Below the pieces are notes generated by a model. The model was given only the letters and a program-made list of their open reading frames with translations, did not search any database and was not told the origin of the DNA. The position numbers were made by a program, and so were the translations under genes. Of a DNA stretch of 34,470 bases, positions 8,815 to 18,427 are shown in pieces. The stretch's first letter is position 1. Each line of letters starts with the position of its first letter. The DNA is from Acidobacteriota bacterium. GTDB lineage: Bacteria > Acidobacteriota > Blastocatellia > RBC074. Where the stretch lies: positions 1 to 34,470 of the forward strand of contig JBEAVZ010000121.1 in NCBI GenBank assembly GCA_041160645.1, read 5' to 3'.

Positions 8815-9003
8815 CTACTTCTTCTGATCCTTTGGCTCCTCGACGTCCTCAGCGATCCCCTTCTTGAAGCTGCGGACACTCTCACCAAGCCCCTTCGCGA
8901 GCGATGGGAGACGGCTGCCGCCGAAGAGAACCAGCAGGATCACCAGGATGATGATCAGTTCGGTCGGCCCAAGGCCGCCAATGATAAAGAGAAACGTATT
9001 CAT
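8815..9003 (-). CDS. tatA: Twin-arginine translocase subunit TatA/E
   Basis: The start is moved to the internal ATG at 9003, which has a GAGGAG SD 7 nt upstream. The 62-aa product is MNTFLFIIGGLGPTELIIILVILLVLFGGSRLPSLAKGLGESVRSFKKG, the canonical TatA TM helix plus amphipathic helix. Confidence 0.9.
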   Translation of the reverse strand: MNTFLFIIGGLGPTELIIILVILLVLFGGSRLPSLAKGLGESVRSFKKGIAEDVEEPKDQKK

Positions 9004-9041
9004 AATATCTCCTCTGAAGTCACTTGCCCAAAGCGCGTGCC

Positions 9042-9071
9042 ATTGTAGCGTTGGCATGTTCACGGTGTCAA
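9042..9071 (-). promoter_or_regulatory. Sigma70-type promoter for tatA
   Basis: Minus strand reads TTGACA-N18-TACAAT (-35 at 9071-9066, -10 at 9047-9042). This is about 30-35 nt upstream of the tatA SD and start. Confidence 0.6.
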
Positions 9072-9083
9072 TTAGCCCCTATC

Positions 9084-9112
9084 TTGATGTTGCCCGGACC
9101 AAGTGCTATATT
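9084..9112 (+). promoter_or_regulatory. Sigma70-type promoter facing ytxH, back-to-back with the tatA promoter
   Basis: TTGATG-N17-TATATT (-35 at 9084-9089, -10 at 9107-9112). It implies a leader of about 200 nt before ytxH. Confidence 0.45.
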
Positions 9113-9223
9113 CGGTCGTGATTGGCAGTTATGGCTCAATCGCTCTGACGATGAATTACCAGTGGTGACCTCAGTGAAGAAACAGACTCCCTGTAAATTT
9201 TTGGTTGAAAGTGCCGCCGGTCG

Positions 9224-9249
9224 GGAACGAGTGGAGACCAGAGCCCGTT
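9224..9249 (+). promoter_or_regulatory. ECF-sigma type promoter candidate (GGAAC-N17-CGTT) upstream of ytxH
   Basis: GGAAC at 9224-9228, a 17-nt spacer, then CGTT at 9246-9249, about 75 nt upstream of the ytxH ATG. It overlaps a SigB-like GTTGAA-N13-GGGAAC (9204-9228). Confidence 0.35.
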
Positions 9250-9325
9250 ATTGAGTCAGCAACGAAAGAACAGATCTGCTCAATGCAGGTATTGAACCCA
9301 ACGCTGTGAAACGGAGGAAGAGGAT

Positions 9326-9712
9326 ATGGCAGACAAGAATGGCAACTCAGGAGACAAGCTGGTCTACTTTCTGATCGGAGCTGGCATCGGAGCGATCACC
9401 GCGCTCCTCTTCGCCCCCAAGTCGGGCGAGGAGCTGCGGTCTGATATCGCTGATGCGACCCGGAAGGGGATCGATTATGCGCGCGAGACCGGACGAGACA
9501 TCTCGGAGCGGGCGGGCGACTACTACCAGGACCGGGTCGAGCAGATTGCCGATCTCTCGGCGCGGAGCAAGGATGCCGTGAGCGAGATCACCGATCGCGG
9601 CCGGGATCTGCTGACCCGCCAGAAGTCCCAGCTCAGCGCGGCGCTCGAGGCGGGCAAGCAGGGATATCGCGAGGCGAAGCGCGCCGACTCCGCCGCGGCT
9701 GAAGAGGTCTAG
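9326..9712 (+). CDS. YtxH domain-containing (general-stress type) protein
   Basis: 128-aa ORF with a GGAGGAAGAGG SD. It has an N-terminal TM helix with the YtxH signature LIGAGIGAITALLFAPKSGEELR, then a charged helical tail. Confidence 0.85.
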   Translation: MADKNGNSGDKLVYFLIGAGIGAITALLFAPKSGEELRSDIADATRKGIDYARETGRDISERAGDYYQDRVEQIADLSARSKDAVSEITDRGRDLLTRQKSQLSAALEAGKQGYREAKRADSAAAEEV

Positions 9713-9790
9713 TCTGCGCTTCGAAAGGCAATCCAGGGGAGGGGGCCACCTGATTGGTCCCCACCTGGCTTTTCAATCTGAGAGGGAATT

Positions 9791-10345
9791 GTGGAGAACG
9801 GATTGACCATCTTTATCGCCACGGCGGTTGGAATTCTGCTTGCGGTGCAGGTCGCGGTCTTTGTCGGCTTGTATATCCTGGCGCGACGGGTGGTGAAAGT
9901 TGTCGAGCAGGTCGCAGTTCTGCAGACACGCGCCGAGTATCTGCTCAACAATACCGAACCAGTCGTTAAATTGGCCCACAACCTGATGACCGATCTGAAG
10001 GTGGCCTCCGGTTACTTTGTCCAGGGCGCAGAGAGCCTGAACGCGATTGCGGAGATGGCCAGGGACGAGGCGGCGGATATTCGCACTCTGCTCGGAGACA
10101 CGACGGCCCAGGCACGCCGCGAAGTCGAGCGGGCGAAGAAGCAGGTCGAGAAGGTGCAGGACACTCTCGAGCTGGCGACCGGTGAGTTCGAGAAGACGAC
10201 CGCGCTCGTTCAGCAGAGCGTGCTTGGTCCGGCCCGCGAGTTCTCCTATGTGATGTATGGCCTGCGGCGCGCGATCGAGGTTCTCGTCGCCGGCAAACGG
10301 CTTCCGGTTGATCGGGCCTACCAGGATGAAGAACTCTTCATTTGA
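9791..10345 (+). CDS. DUF948/YtxG-like membrane-anchored coiled-coil protein
   Basis: 184-aa ORF with a GTG start preceded by GAGAGGG. It has a single N-terminal TM helix (IFIATAVGILLAVQVAVFVGLYIL) followed by long helical segments, and sits adjacent to ytxH. The family call is from memory of the architecture. Confidence 0.65.
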   Translation: MENGLTIFIATAVGILLAVQVAVFVGLYILARRVVKVVEQVAVLQTRAEYLLNNTEPVVKLAHNLMTDLKVASGYFVQGAESLNAIAEMARDEAADIRTLLGDTTAQARREVERAKKQVEKVQDTLELATGEFEKTTALVQQSVLGPAREFSYVMYGLRRAIEVLVAGKRLPVDRAYQDEELFI

Positions 10346-10408
10346 ACCAGACCGGCCGACCGATCCAGTTGGCCGGCGAGGTGGCAATTGCAGGACAGGG
10401 ATTGCATT

Positions 10409-10440
10409 GACGGGGCGCTGACGGGCGCCCCGTCTTCATT
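10409..10440 (+). terminator. Intrinsic-terminator-like hairpin after the DUF948 gene
   Basis: GACGGGGCGC-tgacgg-GCGCCCCGTC (perfect 10-bp stem) followed by TTCATT. A second weaker hairpin, CCGGCCGA...TTGGCCGG, precedes it at 10352-10376. Confidence 0.6.
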
Positions 10441-10477
10441 GAGCCAGACCCATCGTCTTCAGCTTGCGGGCTGGTGG

Positions 10478-10558
10478 GATAGGACAGGTAGGACTGATAA
10501 GACAGGTAGGACTTATAGGACCAGTAAGACCAGTAGAACCAGTAAGACCCGTCAGGCC
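10478..10558. repeat. 9-nt tandem repeat array (about 9 units) in the DUF948/ileS intergenic region
   Basis: Units in order: GATAGGACA GGTAGGACT GATAAGACA GGTAGGACT TATAGGACC AGTAAGACC AGTAGAACC AGTAAGACC CGTCAGGCC. An 18-nt super-unit occurs twice. CTGATAAGAC (10494-10503) is inverted as GTCTTATCAG (10567-10576). Confidence 0.9.
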
Positions 10559-10658
10559 GATTATCGGTCTTATCAGTGCGATCTCCCATCCCCTCATTGT
10601 CAAGCGGGTTCGCCCTGCAAAAGCCCCTGGCTCTGGCCGGTCAGCGAACCGAGCGGTT

Positions 10659-10687
10659 TTGCCGCGACCGAAATAATAGGATATGAT
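10659..10687 (+). promoter_or_regulatory. Sigma70-type promoter candidate for ileS
   Basis: TTGCCG-N17-TATGAT (-35 at 10659-10664, -10 at 10682-10687), giving a leader of about 100 nt. No SD is visible directly before the ileS ATG. Confidence 0.4.
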
Positions 10688-10795
10688 CATCGACTTGTAA
10701 GGTCGGACAGCCTGATCGACAGTGCTGACCAGATTATCAGAATTCCGAAATTGCCAATACCAGAACATCTGCAGAATATATAAAGACGACTGACA

Positions 10796-13605
<2,810 letters not shown>

Positions 13606-13606
<1 letters not shown>

Positions 13607-14100
13607 TGCCACTCCGCGCCGGGTACCTGCTCATTTCACTGCTGATCCTGGTGCTTGATCAGGCGACCAAGCACTGGGCGACCATCTCGCTGCGGCCGGT
13701 CGTGCTGATGGAGATCCTGCCCGGATTTCTCCGTTTCACCTATGCGACCAATCGCGGCGTCGCCTTCAGTCTTTTTGCTGACAGTGAGATGGATATCCGT
13801 TATATTCTGGCAGGGATCTCCCTGCTGGCGGCAATCTTTGTCCTTCTCTACCAGTGGCGGGTACCGGTGCGGATGGTCCGCTTGAATCTGGCTCTTTCGC
13901 TCATGCTGGCGGGGATCGTCGGCAATCTGATCGATCGGATCAGACTCGGCGAGGTGATCGATTTCATCGACCTCCACTGGCAGGACAAGTACACGTGGCC
14001 GACATTCAATGTCGCCGATGCGGCGATCTGTATTGGTGCCGGTCTCCTGGCACTCCAAATGATCAAGGAAGAACGGGCGGCGCAACGAGATGTTTCCTGA
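13606..14100 (+). CDS. lspA: Lipoprotein signal peptidase (signal peptidase II)
   Basis: 164-aa ORF with 4 TM helices and motifs LDQATKHWA, NRGVAFSL, GNLIDR and FNVADAAI. The start overlaps the ileS stop (TGATG). Confidence 0.93.
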
Positions 14101-14962
14101 ACTTTTCAAAATACCTGGAACAGAGTTCACTCTCAACACCTACGGGTTTCTGCAGGCGATCAGTTTCATCGTCGCGCTGTTGTTGATGGCCAGGCTGGCC
14201 GAGCGCGACGGACTGAACAAGCAGCGGGCATATGATCTGGGTCTGTGGATCCTGGCCGCCTCATTGATCGGTTCAAAGCTGCTGCTGGTGGTGACGGAGT
14301 GGAACCTCTACTATCGCGACAACCCACGCCAGATCTTCTCGCTCGACTTCTTTCGGTCAGGCGGGGTCTTCTACGGTGGTTTCATTGGGGCGGTCATCGC
14401 CTCGGTGATCGTCATGAAGATCTACCAGATGCCCTGGTGGCGCGTTGCCGACGCCTGTGCCCCGGGGATCGCCATCGGCACGGCGATTGGGCGCCTCGGC
14501 TGTTTTGCCGCCGGCTGCTGCTGGGGAAAGCCGACGACTTCCGCGCTTGGGGTCCATTTTACCGAGAAGGCCCACGAGCTGACCGGGGTGCCGCTGCTGG
14601 TGGCCCATCTGCGCGACCCGCTCGAGCAGAGTCAATGGTCGGAGCGGCTCGGTGACCTGCTGGCGCCGATCAACCTGCACCCGACGCAGCTCTATGAGGC
14701 GACGGGGACGCTTCTCCTGACCTTCCTGCTCATCCTTCTCTTTCTGCGCCGCCAGTTTGCCGGACAGGTGATTCTCTCTTATGGAATCCTCTATGGGGTG
14801 ATGCGTTTCGTCATCGAGTACTGGCGCAACGACTGGCGTGGTGAGCTTCTTGGTCTCTCGACATCACAGTTTATCTCGCTGATCATCGTCACGCTCGCGA
14901 CCATCACTTATGCCATCTTCTGGATGAGGTGGCGGCGTTCGTTGGCGATGGACGAGTCGTAA
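14090..14962 (+). CDS. lgt: Phosphatidylglycerol--prolipoprotein diacylglyceryl transferase
   Basis: 290-aa polytopic ORF with GRLGCFAAGCCWGKP and the HPTQLYE motif typical of Lgt. It overlaps lspA by 11 nt. Confidence 0.93.
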   Translation: MFPELFKIPGTEFTLNTYGFLQAISFIVALLLMARLAERDGLNKQRAYDLGLWILAASLIGSKLLLVVTEWNLYYRDNPRQIFSLDFFRSGGVFYGGFIGAVIASVIVMKIYQMPWWRVADACAPGIAIGTAIGRLGCFAAGCCWGKPTTSALGVHFTEKAHELTGVPLLVAHLRDPLEQSQWSERLGDLLAPINLHPTQLYEATGTLLLTFLLILLFLRRQFAGQVILSYGILYGVMRFVIEYWRNDWRGELLGLSTSQFISLIIVTLATITYAIFWMRWRRSLAMDES

Positions 14963-14978
14963 TGAGGACATTCAACCG

Positions 14979-17078
14979 ATGCGACTGGCCTATTTCTCTC
15001 CGCTCCCTCCGGTCAAGTCGGGGATTGCCGACTACAGTGAAGAGCTTCTTCCAGAGCTGGCCAGGGGAGCGGAGATAACTGTCTTTGTCGATCAGACAGT
15101 CACGAGACCCCTCGGTCAGGCGACGGGCGCGGGGCCGGGAGTGGCCCCGGAGCGGCCCGCAAATCAGCCATACGATATTCAGCAAGCGATCCATTTCGAG
15201 GAGATCGATCGCCAGCATCCCTTCGATCTCTGCCTCTACCACCAGGGCAATAATCAATACCACGACTACGTCTATGATCGGGCTCTGCAGACTCCGGGTC
15301 TGCTCGTTCTCCATGAACACTGTCTCCACCACCTGATCGTCTGGAAGACGCTCGGGCAGGGAGACGCCGCGGGCTACTGGCGGGAGATGTTCTACGCCTA
15401 TGGGCGGCTTGGGGCACGGATGGCCGAGACCCGCTCCCGGGCGATTTCGAGTGAGTACCAGCAGTTTCTGATGCCGCTCAACCACCGTCTGGTCAATCGC
15501 AGTCTGGGGGTGGTCGTGCATAGTGACTACGCGGCCGCGCAGTTGGAGGAGCCGGCTGCGGGGATACCGGTGGAGGTGATCCCGCACCATCTCTCACCGG
15601 CGGCCTTCGAACTGGATGGCTGGGATCAGCTGGAGTGTCGACGCTCGCTCGGTTTGCCGGAGGACGCGTTCATCATCTCGTCGCAGGGGTTTGTGACGCA
15701 ACCGAAGCGCCTGCCGGTGGTGCTGGCGGCGTTCAAGCGGCTGCTCAAGCTGGTCCCGCAGGCCCGTTACCTGATCGTTGGTGAAGACCACTGGCACTGG
15801 AAGGTTGCGCCGCTGATCGAGCAGCTCGGTCTGCGCCACCACGTGCGGCTGACCGGGTATGTGACTGGCAAGGACTTTTTTCGTTATCTGAAGGCGAGCG
15901 ATGTGCTGGTCAATCTGCGTTATCCGACCGCTGGTGAGACCTCCGGGACGCTGATCCGGAGCCTGGGGGCGGGCAAGCCAATGATCGTCAGCGATTTCGG
16001 GCAGTTTGCCGACCTGCCGGAGGATGTCTGTCTGCGGGTTCCGCCCGGGGAGGGGGAAGAGGTCCGGCTGGCCGATCAACTGCAGGCGCTCGCCTATCGT
16101 CCGCACCTGAGGGAGCATCTGGCGCGACGCGCCCGGGCATGGATTCGGGAGGAGTGCGCGATCGAGCGTTCGGCCGAGCGCTATCTCGAAGTGGCGCGCC
16201 GGCTGATTGCGGCGCGGCAGTCTGGCGCGTCGGTGCCGGTCGAGTCCGACTATCGTCTCGACCTCCCGACCGAGCCGACGATCACCGTGGATCCCGCGGA
16301 GGCGCTCGACTATGTCGCCGGCTTCTTTGCTGACAACCCAGAGGCGCTTGGCTATCTGCAGACGCATGGCAAGCGTCTTCTGGAGACCCTCGCCCTCATC
16401 CCTGCCGGGCGCCCCGAGCACTCCGGGCAGAAGATTCTCGAGCTGAGCAGCTACCTGCAGCTGCCGCCGTTGCTCCATCGCTATGGCGGGTATGGCGAAG
16501 TGCTGGTCACCAACTGGTGGGATGGATCGCCGCGCCAGAAATTGATGCGCCTGCGCCACGCGGTGACCGGAGAAGAACTCGCGTACCAGATGCACAATGT
16601 CGACGTCGAGCACGACCCGTTGCCCTTTGGTGATGGTACACTGGATGTGGTCGTCTGCGGTGAGCTGATCGAGCACCTGCGCGAGGACCCGCTCCAGATG
16701 CTGGTCGAAGTTCATCGTGTGCTGCGCTGGGGCGGGCTGCTGGTTCTGACGACGCCGAATATCGCCTCGGCGCACAGCATCGAGGCTGTCCTTGGTGGGA
16801 GCAGTCCCTACATCTACGGGCAGTACAACCGCCGGAGCCCGGGTGATCGCCACGCGCGCGAGTATACGCCGGCCGATGTGCGAATCGCGATGGAGGCGGC
16901 GGGCTTCGAGGTCATCAGTCTGCAGACGAAGAATATCTGGCATGAACCGGCCGAGGAGCTGCTCGCCCGACTCGACTCCACCGGTGTTCCGCGTGAGTTG
17001 CGCGGCGACAACATCTTCGCCGTTGGTCGCAAACTGACCAGGAAGATCGAAAGATTTCCCCGGGAGTTGTATGAATAG
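14979..17078 (+). CDS. Fusion protein: GT4 (GT-B, Glycos_transf_1) glycosyltransferase plus C-terminal class-I methyltransferase-like domain
   Basis: 699-aa ORF. The N-terminus MRLAYFSPLPPVKSGIADYSEELLPELA and the block RYPTAGETSGTLIRSLGAGKPMIVSD (E-x7 type motif) are typical of GT4. The C-terminal ~250 aa (LDVVVCGELIEHLREDP, VLRWGGLLVLTTPN) look like a Methyltransf_11/23 fold. Motif I reads ILELSSYLQ instead of a Gly-rich loop. Confidence 0.8.
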   Translation: MRLAYFSPLPPVKSGIADYSEELLPELARGAEITVFVDQTVTRPLGQATGAGPGVAPERPANQPYDIQQAIHFEEIDRQHPFDLCLYHQGNNQYHDYVYDRALQTPGLLVLHEHCLHHLIVWKTLGQGDAAGYWREMFYAYGRLGARMAETRSRAISSEYQQFLMPLNHRLVNRSLGVVVHSDYAAAQLEEPAAGIPVEVIPHHLSPAAFELDGWDQLECRRSLGLPEDAFIISSQGFVTQPKRLPVVLAAFKRLLKLVPQARYLIVGEDHWHWKVAPLIEQLGLRHHVRLTGYVTGKDFFRYLKASDVLVNLRYPTAGETSGTLIRSLGAGKPMIVSDFGQFADLPEDVCLRVPPGEGEEVRLADQLQALAYRPHLREHLARRARAWIREECAIERSAERYLEVARRLIAARQSGASVPVESDYRLDLPTEPTITVDPAEALDYVAGFFADNPEALGYLQTHGKRLLETLALIPAGRPEHSGQKILELSSYLQLPPLLHRYGGYGEVLVTNWWDGSPRQKLMRLRHAVTGEELAYQMHNVDVEHDPLPFGDGTLDVVVCGELIEHLREDPLQMLVEVHRVLRWGGLLVLTTPNIASAHSIEAVLGGSSPYIYGQYNRRSPGDRHAREYTPADVRIAMEAAGFEVISLQTKNIWHEPAEELLARLDSTGVPRELRGDNIFAVGRKLTRKIERFPRELYE

Positions 17079-17126
17079 GAGAATATCGATGGCCTGCCAC
17101 ATTCTCCGGTCGCCCTGGTTCCGCAC

Positions 17127-18383
17127 ATGATTATTGCCTCCCACATTACCAAGACCTATCGGCTTTATGACACTCCCTCGAGTCGGCTCAAGGAGATTCT
17201 CTGGGCGGGGCGGCGCCGCTTTCACCGCGATTTTGTGGCACTGGATGATGTCTCGATCGAGGTTCAGACGGGTGAGACGTTTGGGGTGATCGGGCGCAAT
17301 GGGGCGGGGAAGTCGACCCTGCTCCAGATCATCGCCGGCGTTCTGCAACCGAGCGCGGGGAGCGTGCGGGTCGAGGGACGGGTGACTGCGCTGCTCGAAC
17401 TCGGCAGTGGCTTCAATCCCGACTACACTGGTCGGGAGAATATCATTCTGAGCGGGCAGATTCTGGGGGTGAGCGAGGCGGAGATGCGGCGAAAGCTGGA
17501 GGTGATTGTCCGCTTCGCTGAATTGGAGGCCTTTGTCGATCAGCCGGTTCGGACCTACTCGACCGGCATGCTCATGCGGCTCGCCTTTGCCGCGGCGATC
17601 CACGTCGATCCCGACGTGCTGATTGTCGATGAGGCCCTCTCGGTTGGGGACGTCTACTTTCAGCGCAAGTCGCTCGACCGGATGGAATTCTTCCGCCAGG
17701 CTGGCAAGACGGTTCTCTTCGTCTCGCACGATCCGGGTTTGGTCCAGCGTTTCTGTGACCGGGCGCTCTGGCTCGAGGGGGGAAAGACGATGATGCTTGG
17801 CCAGGCGCGTGATGTGGTGACCGCCTACCAGGCCTTCTGCGTCAAGCTCGAGGATGCGCGGCTGCGCGAAGCCGCCCAGAATGTGACGAGCGGTTCAGCC
17901 GAGCACGAACGCATCCTGCGCGAACTGCGCCTCACCGGGTCACGCTGGGGGAACGGGAAGATCCGTTTTACCGGGGTGGAGATGATCGAAGAGCGTGAAG
18001 GCGCAACCTGGGTGATCAGGAGTGGCCAGCCGGTGACGATTCGCCTCCATTACGAGTCGGATGGTTTCTATCCGGCGCCGGTCTTCGCGGTCGATATCCA
18101 CCGTTATGATGGGGTCTACATCGGCACGATCAACAACACCGATACCTCACCCGCCGCCTTGCCGATCGAACCGGGCGCCGGAACGATCGAGCTGCGTCTG
18201 CCAGCGGCCAGTCTTTCGTACAATGTCTACTATCTTACGCTCAAGGTCTACACTGAGAATGGCGCACCCGACTGGCGTGAGCCGGCCGATGTCCACTTTC
18301 AGATGTATCAGTTCAATGTGATCACCGAGCGCCATATCCATGGCTTGATCCGTTTCGAGGCGGAATGGAGCCGCGTCCGTTGA
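17127..18383 (+). CDS. Wzt/TagH-like polysaccharide-export ABC transporter ATP-binding protein with C-terminal carbohydrate-binding-type domain
   Basis: 418-aa ORF with Walker A GRNGAGKST, ABC signature YSTGMLMRL and Walker B LIVDEALSVGD. A beta-rich C-terminal extension of about 170 aa resembles Wzt_C. Confidence 0.85.
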   Translation: MIIASHITKTYRLYDTPSSRLKEILWAGRRRFHRDFVALDDVSIEVQTGETFGVIGRNGAGKSTLLQIIAGVLQPSAGSVRVEGRVTALLELGSGFNPDYTGRENIILSGQILGVSEAEMRRKLEVIVRFAELEAFVDQPVRTYSTGMLMRLAFAAAIHVDPDVLIVDEALSVGDVYFQRKSLDRMEFFRQAGKTVLFVSHDPGLVQRFCDRALWLEGGKTMMLGQARDVVTAYQAFCVKLEDARLREAAQNVTSGSAEHERILRELRLTGSRWGNGKIRFTGVEMIEEREGATWVIRSGQPVTIRLHYESDGFYPAPVFAVDIHRYDGVYIGTINNTDTSPAALPIEPGAGTIELRLPAASLSYNVYYLTLKVYTENGAPDWREPADVHFQMYQFNVITERHIHGLIRFEAEWSRVR

Positions 18384-18427
18384 TATTGGCGCGATTGTCG
18401 AAGCAGAAGAGGGGGCGCAGGAAAGAT

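Noticed and set aside
10478-10558. Nonamer array considered as DnaA boxes/oriC, or as a CRISPR-like array.
   Set aside because: The units do not match TTATCCACA (at best 5/9), and there is no dnaA/dnaN context. The repeats are contiguous without spacers and far shorter than CRISPR repeats.
10338-10589. 83-aa minus-strand ORF with a Tyr/Trp-rich SYWFYWSYWSYKSYLSYQSYLSY tract, considered as a possible repeat peptide or RiPP precursor.
   Set aside because: The tract is simply one reading frame of the 9-nt DNA repeat. The ORF runs through the DUF948 terminator hairpin, has no SD, and no maturation or transport genes are nearby.
10464-10676. Plus-strand 70-aa ORF with 8 Ile codons (several of them rare ATA) upstream of ileS, considered as an attenuation leader peptide.
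   Set aside because: It would need a TTG start without an SD directly after a terminator. It is far too long for a leader peptide and ends upstream of the best promoter candidate. Part of its Ile content comes from the repeat unit (the three ATA codons).
10690-10795. T-box riboswitch in the ileS leader.
   Set aside because: No T-box consensus sequence or specifier-loop plus antiterminator arrangement is visible. The leader is only about 100 nt.
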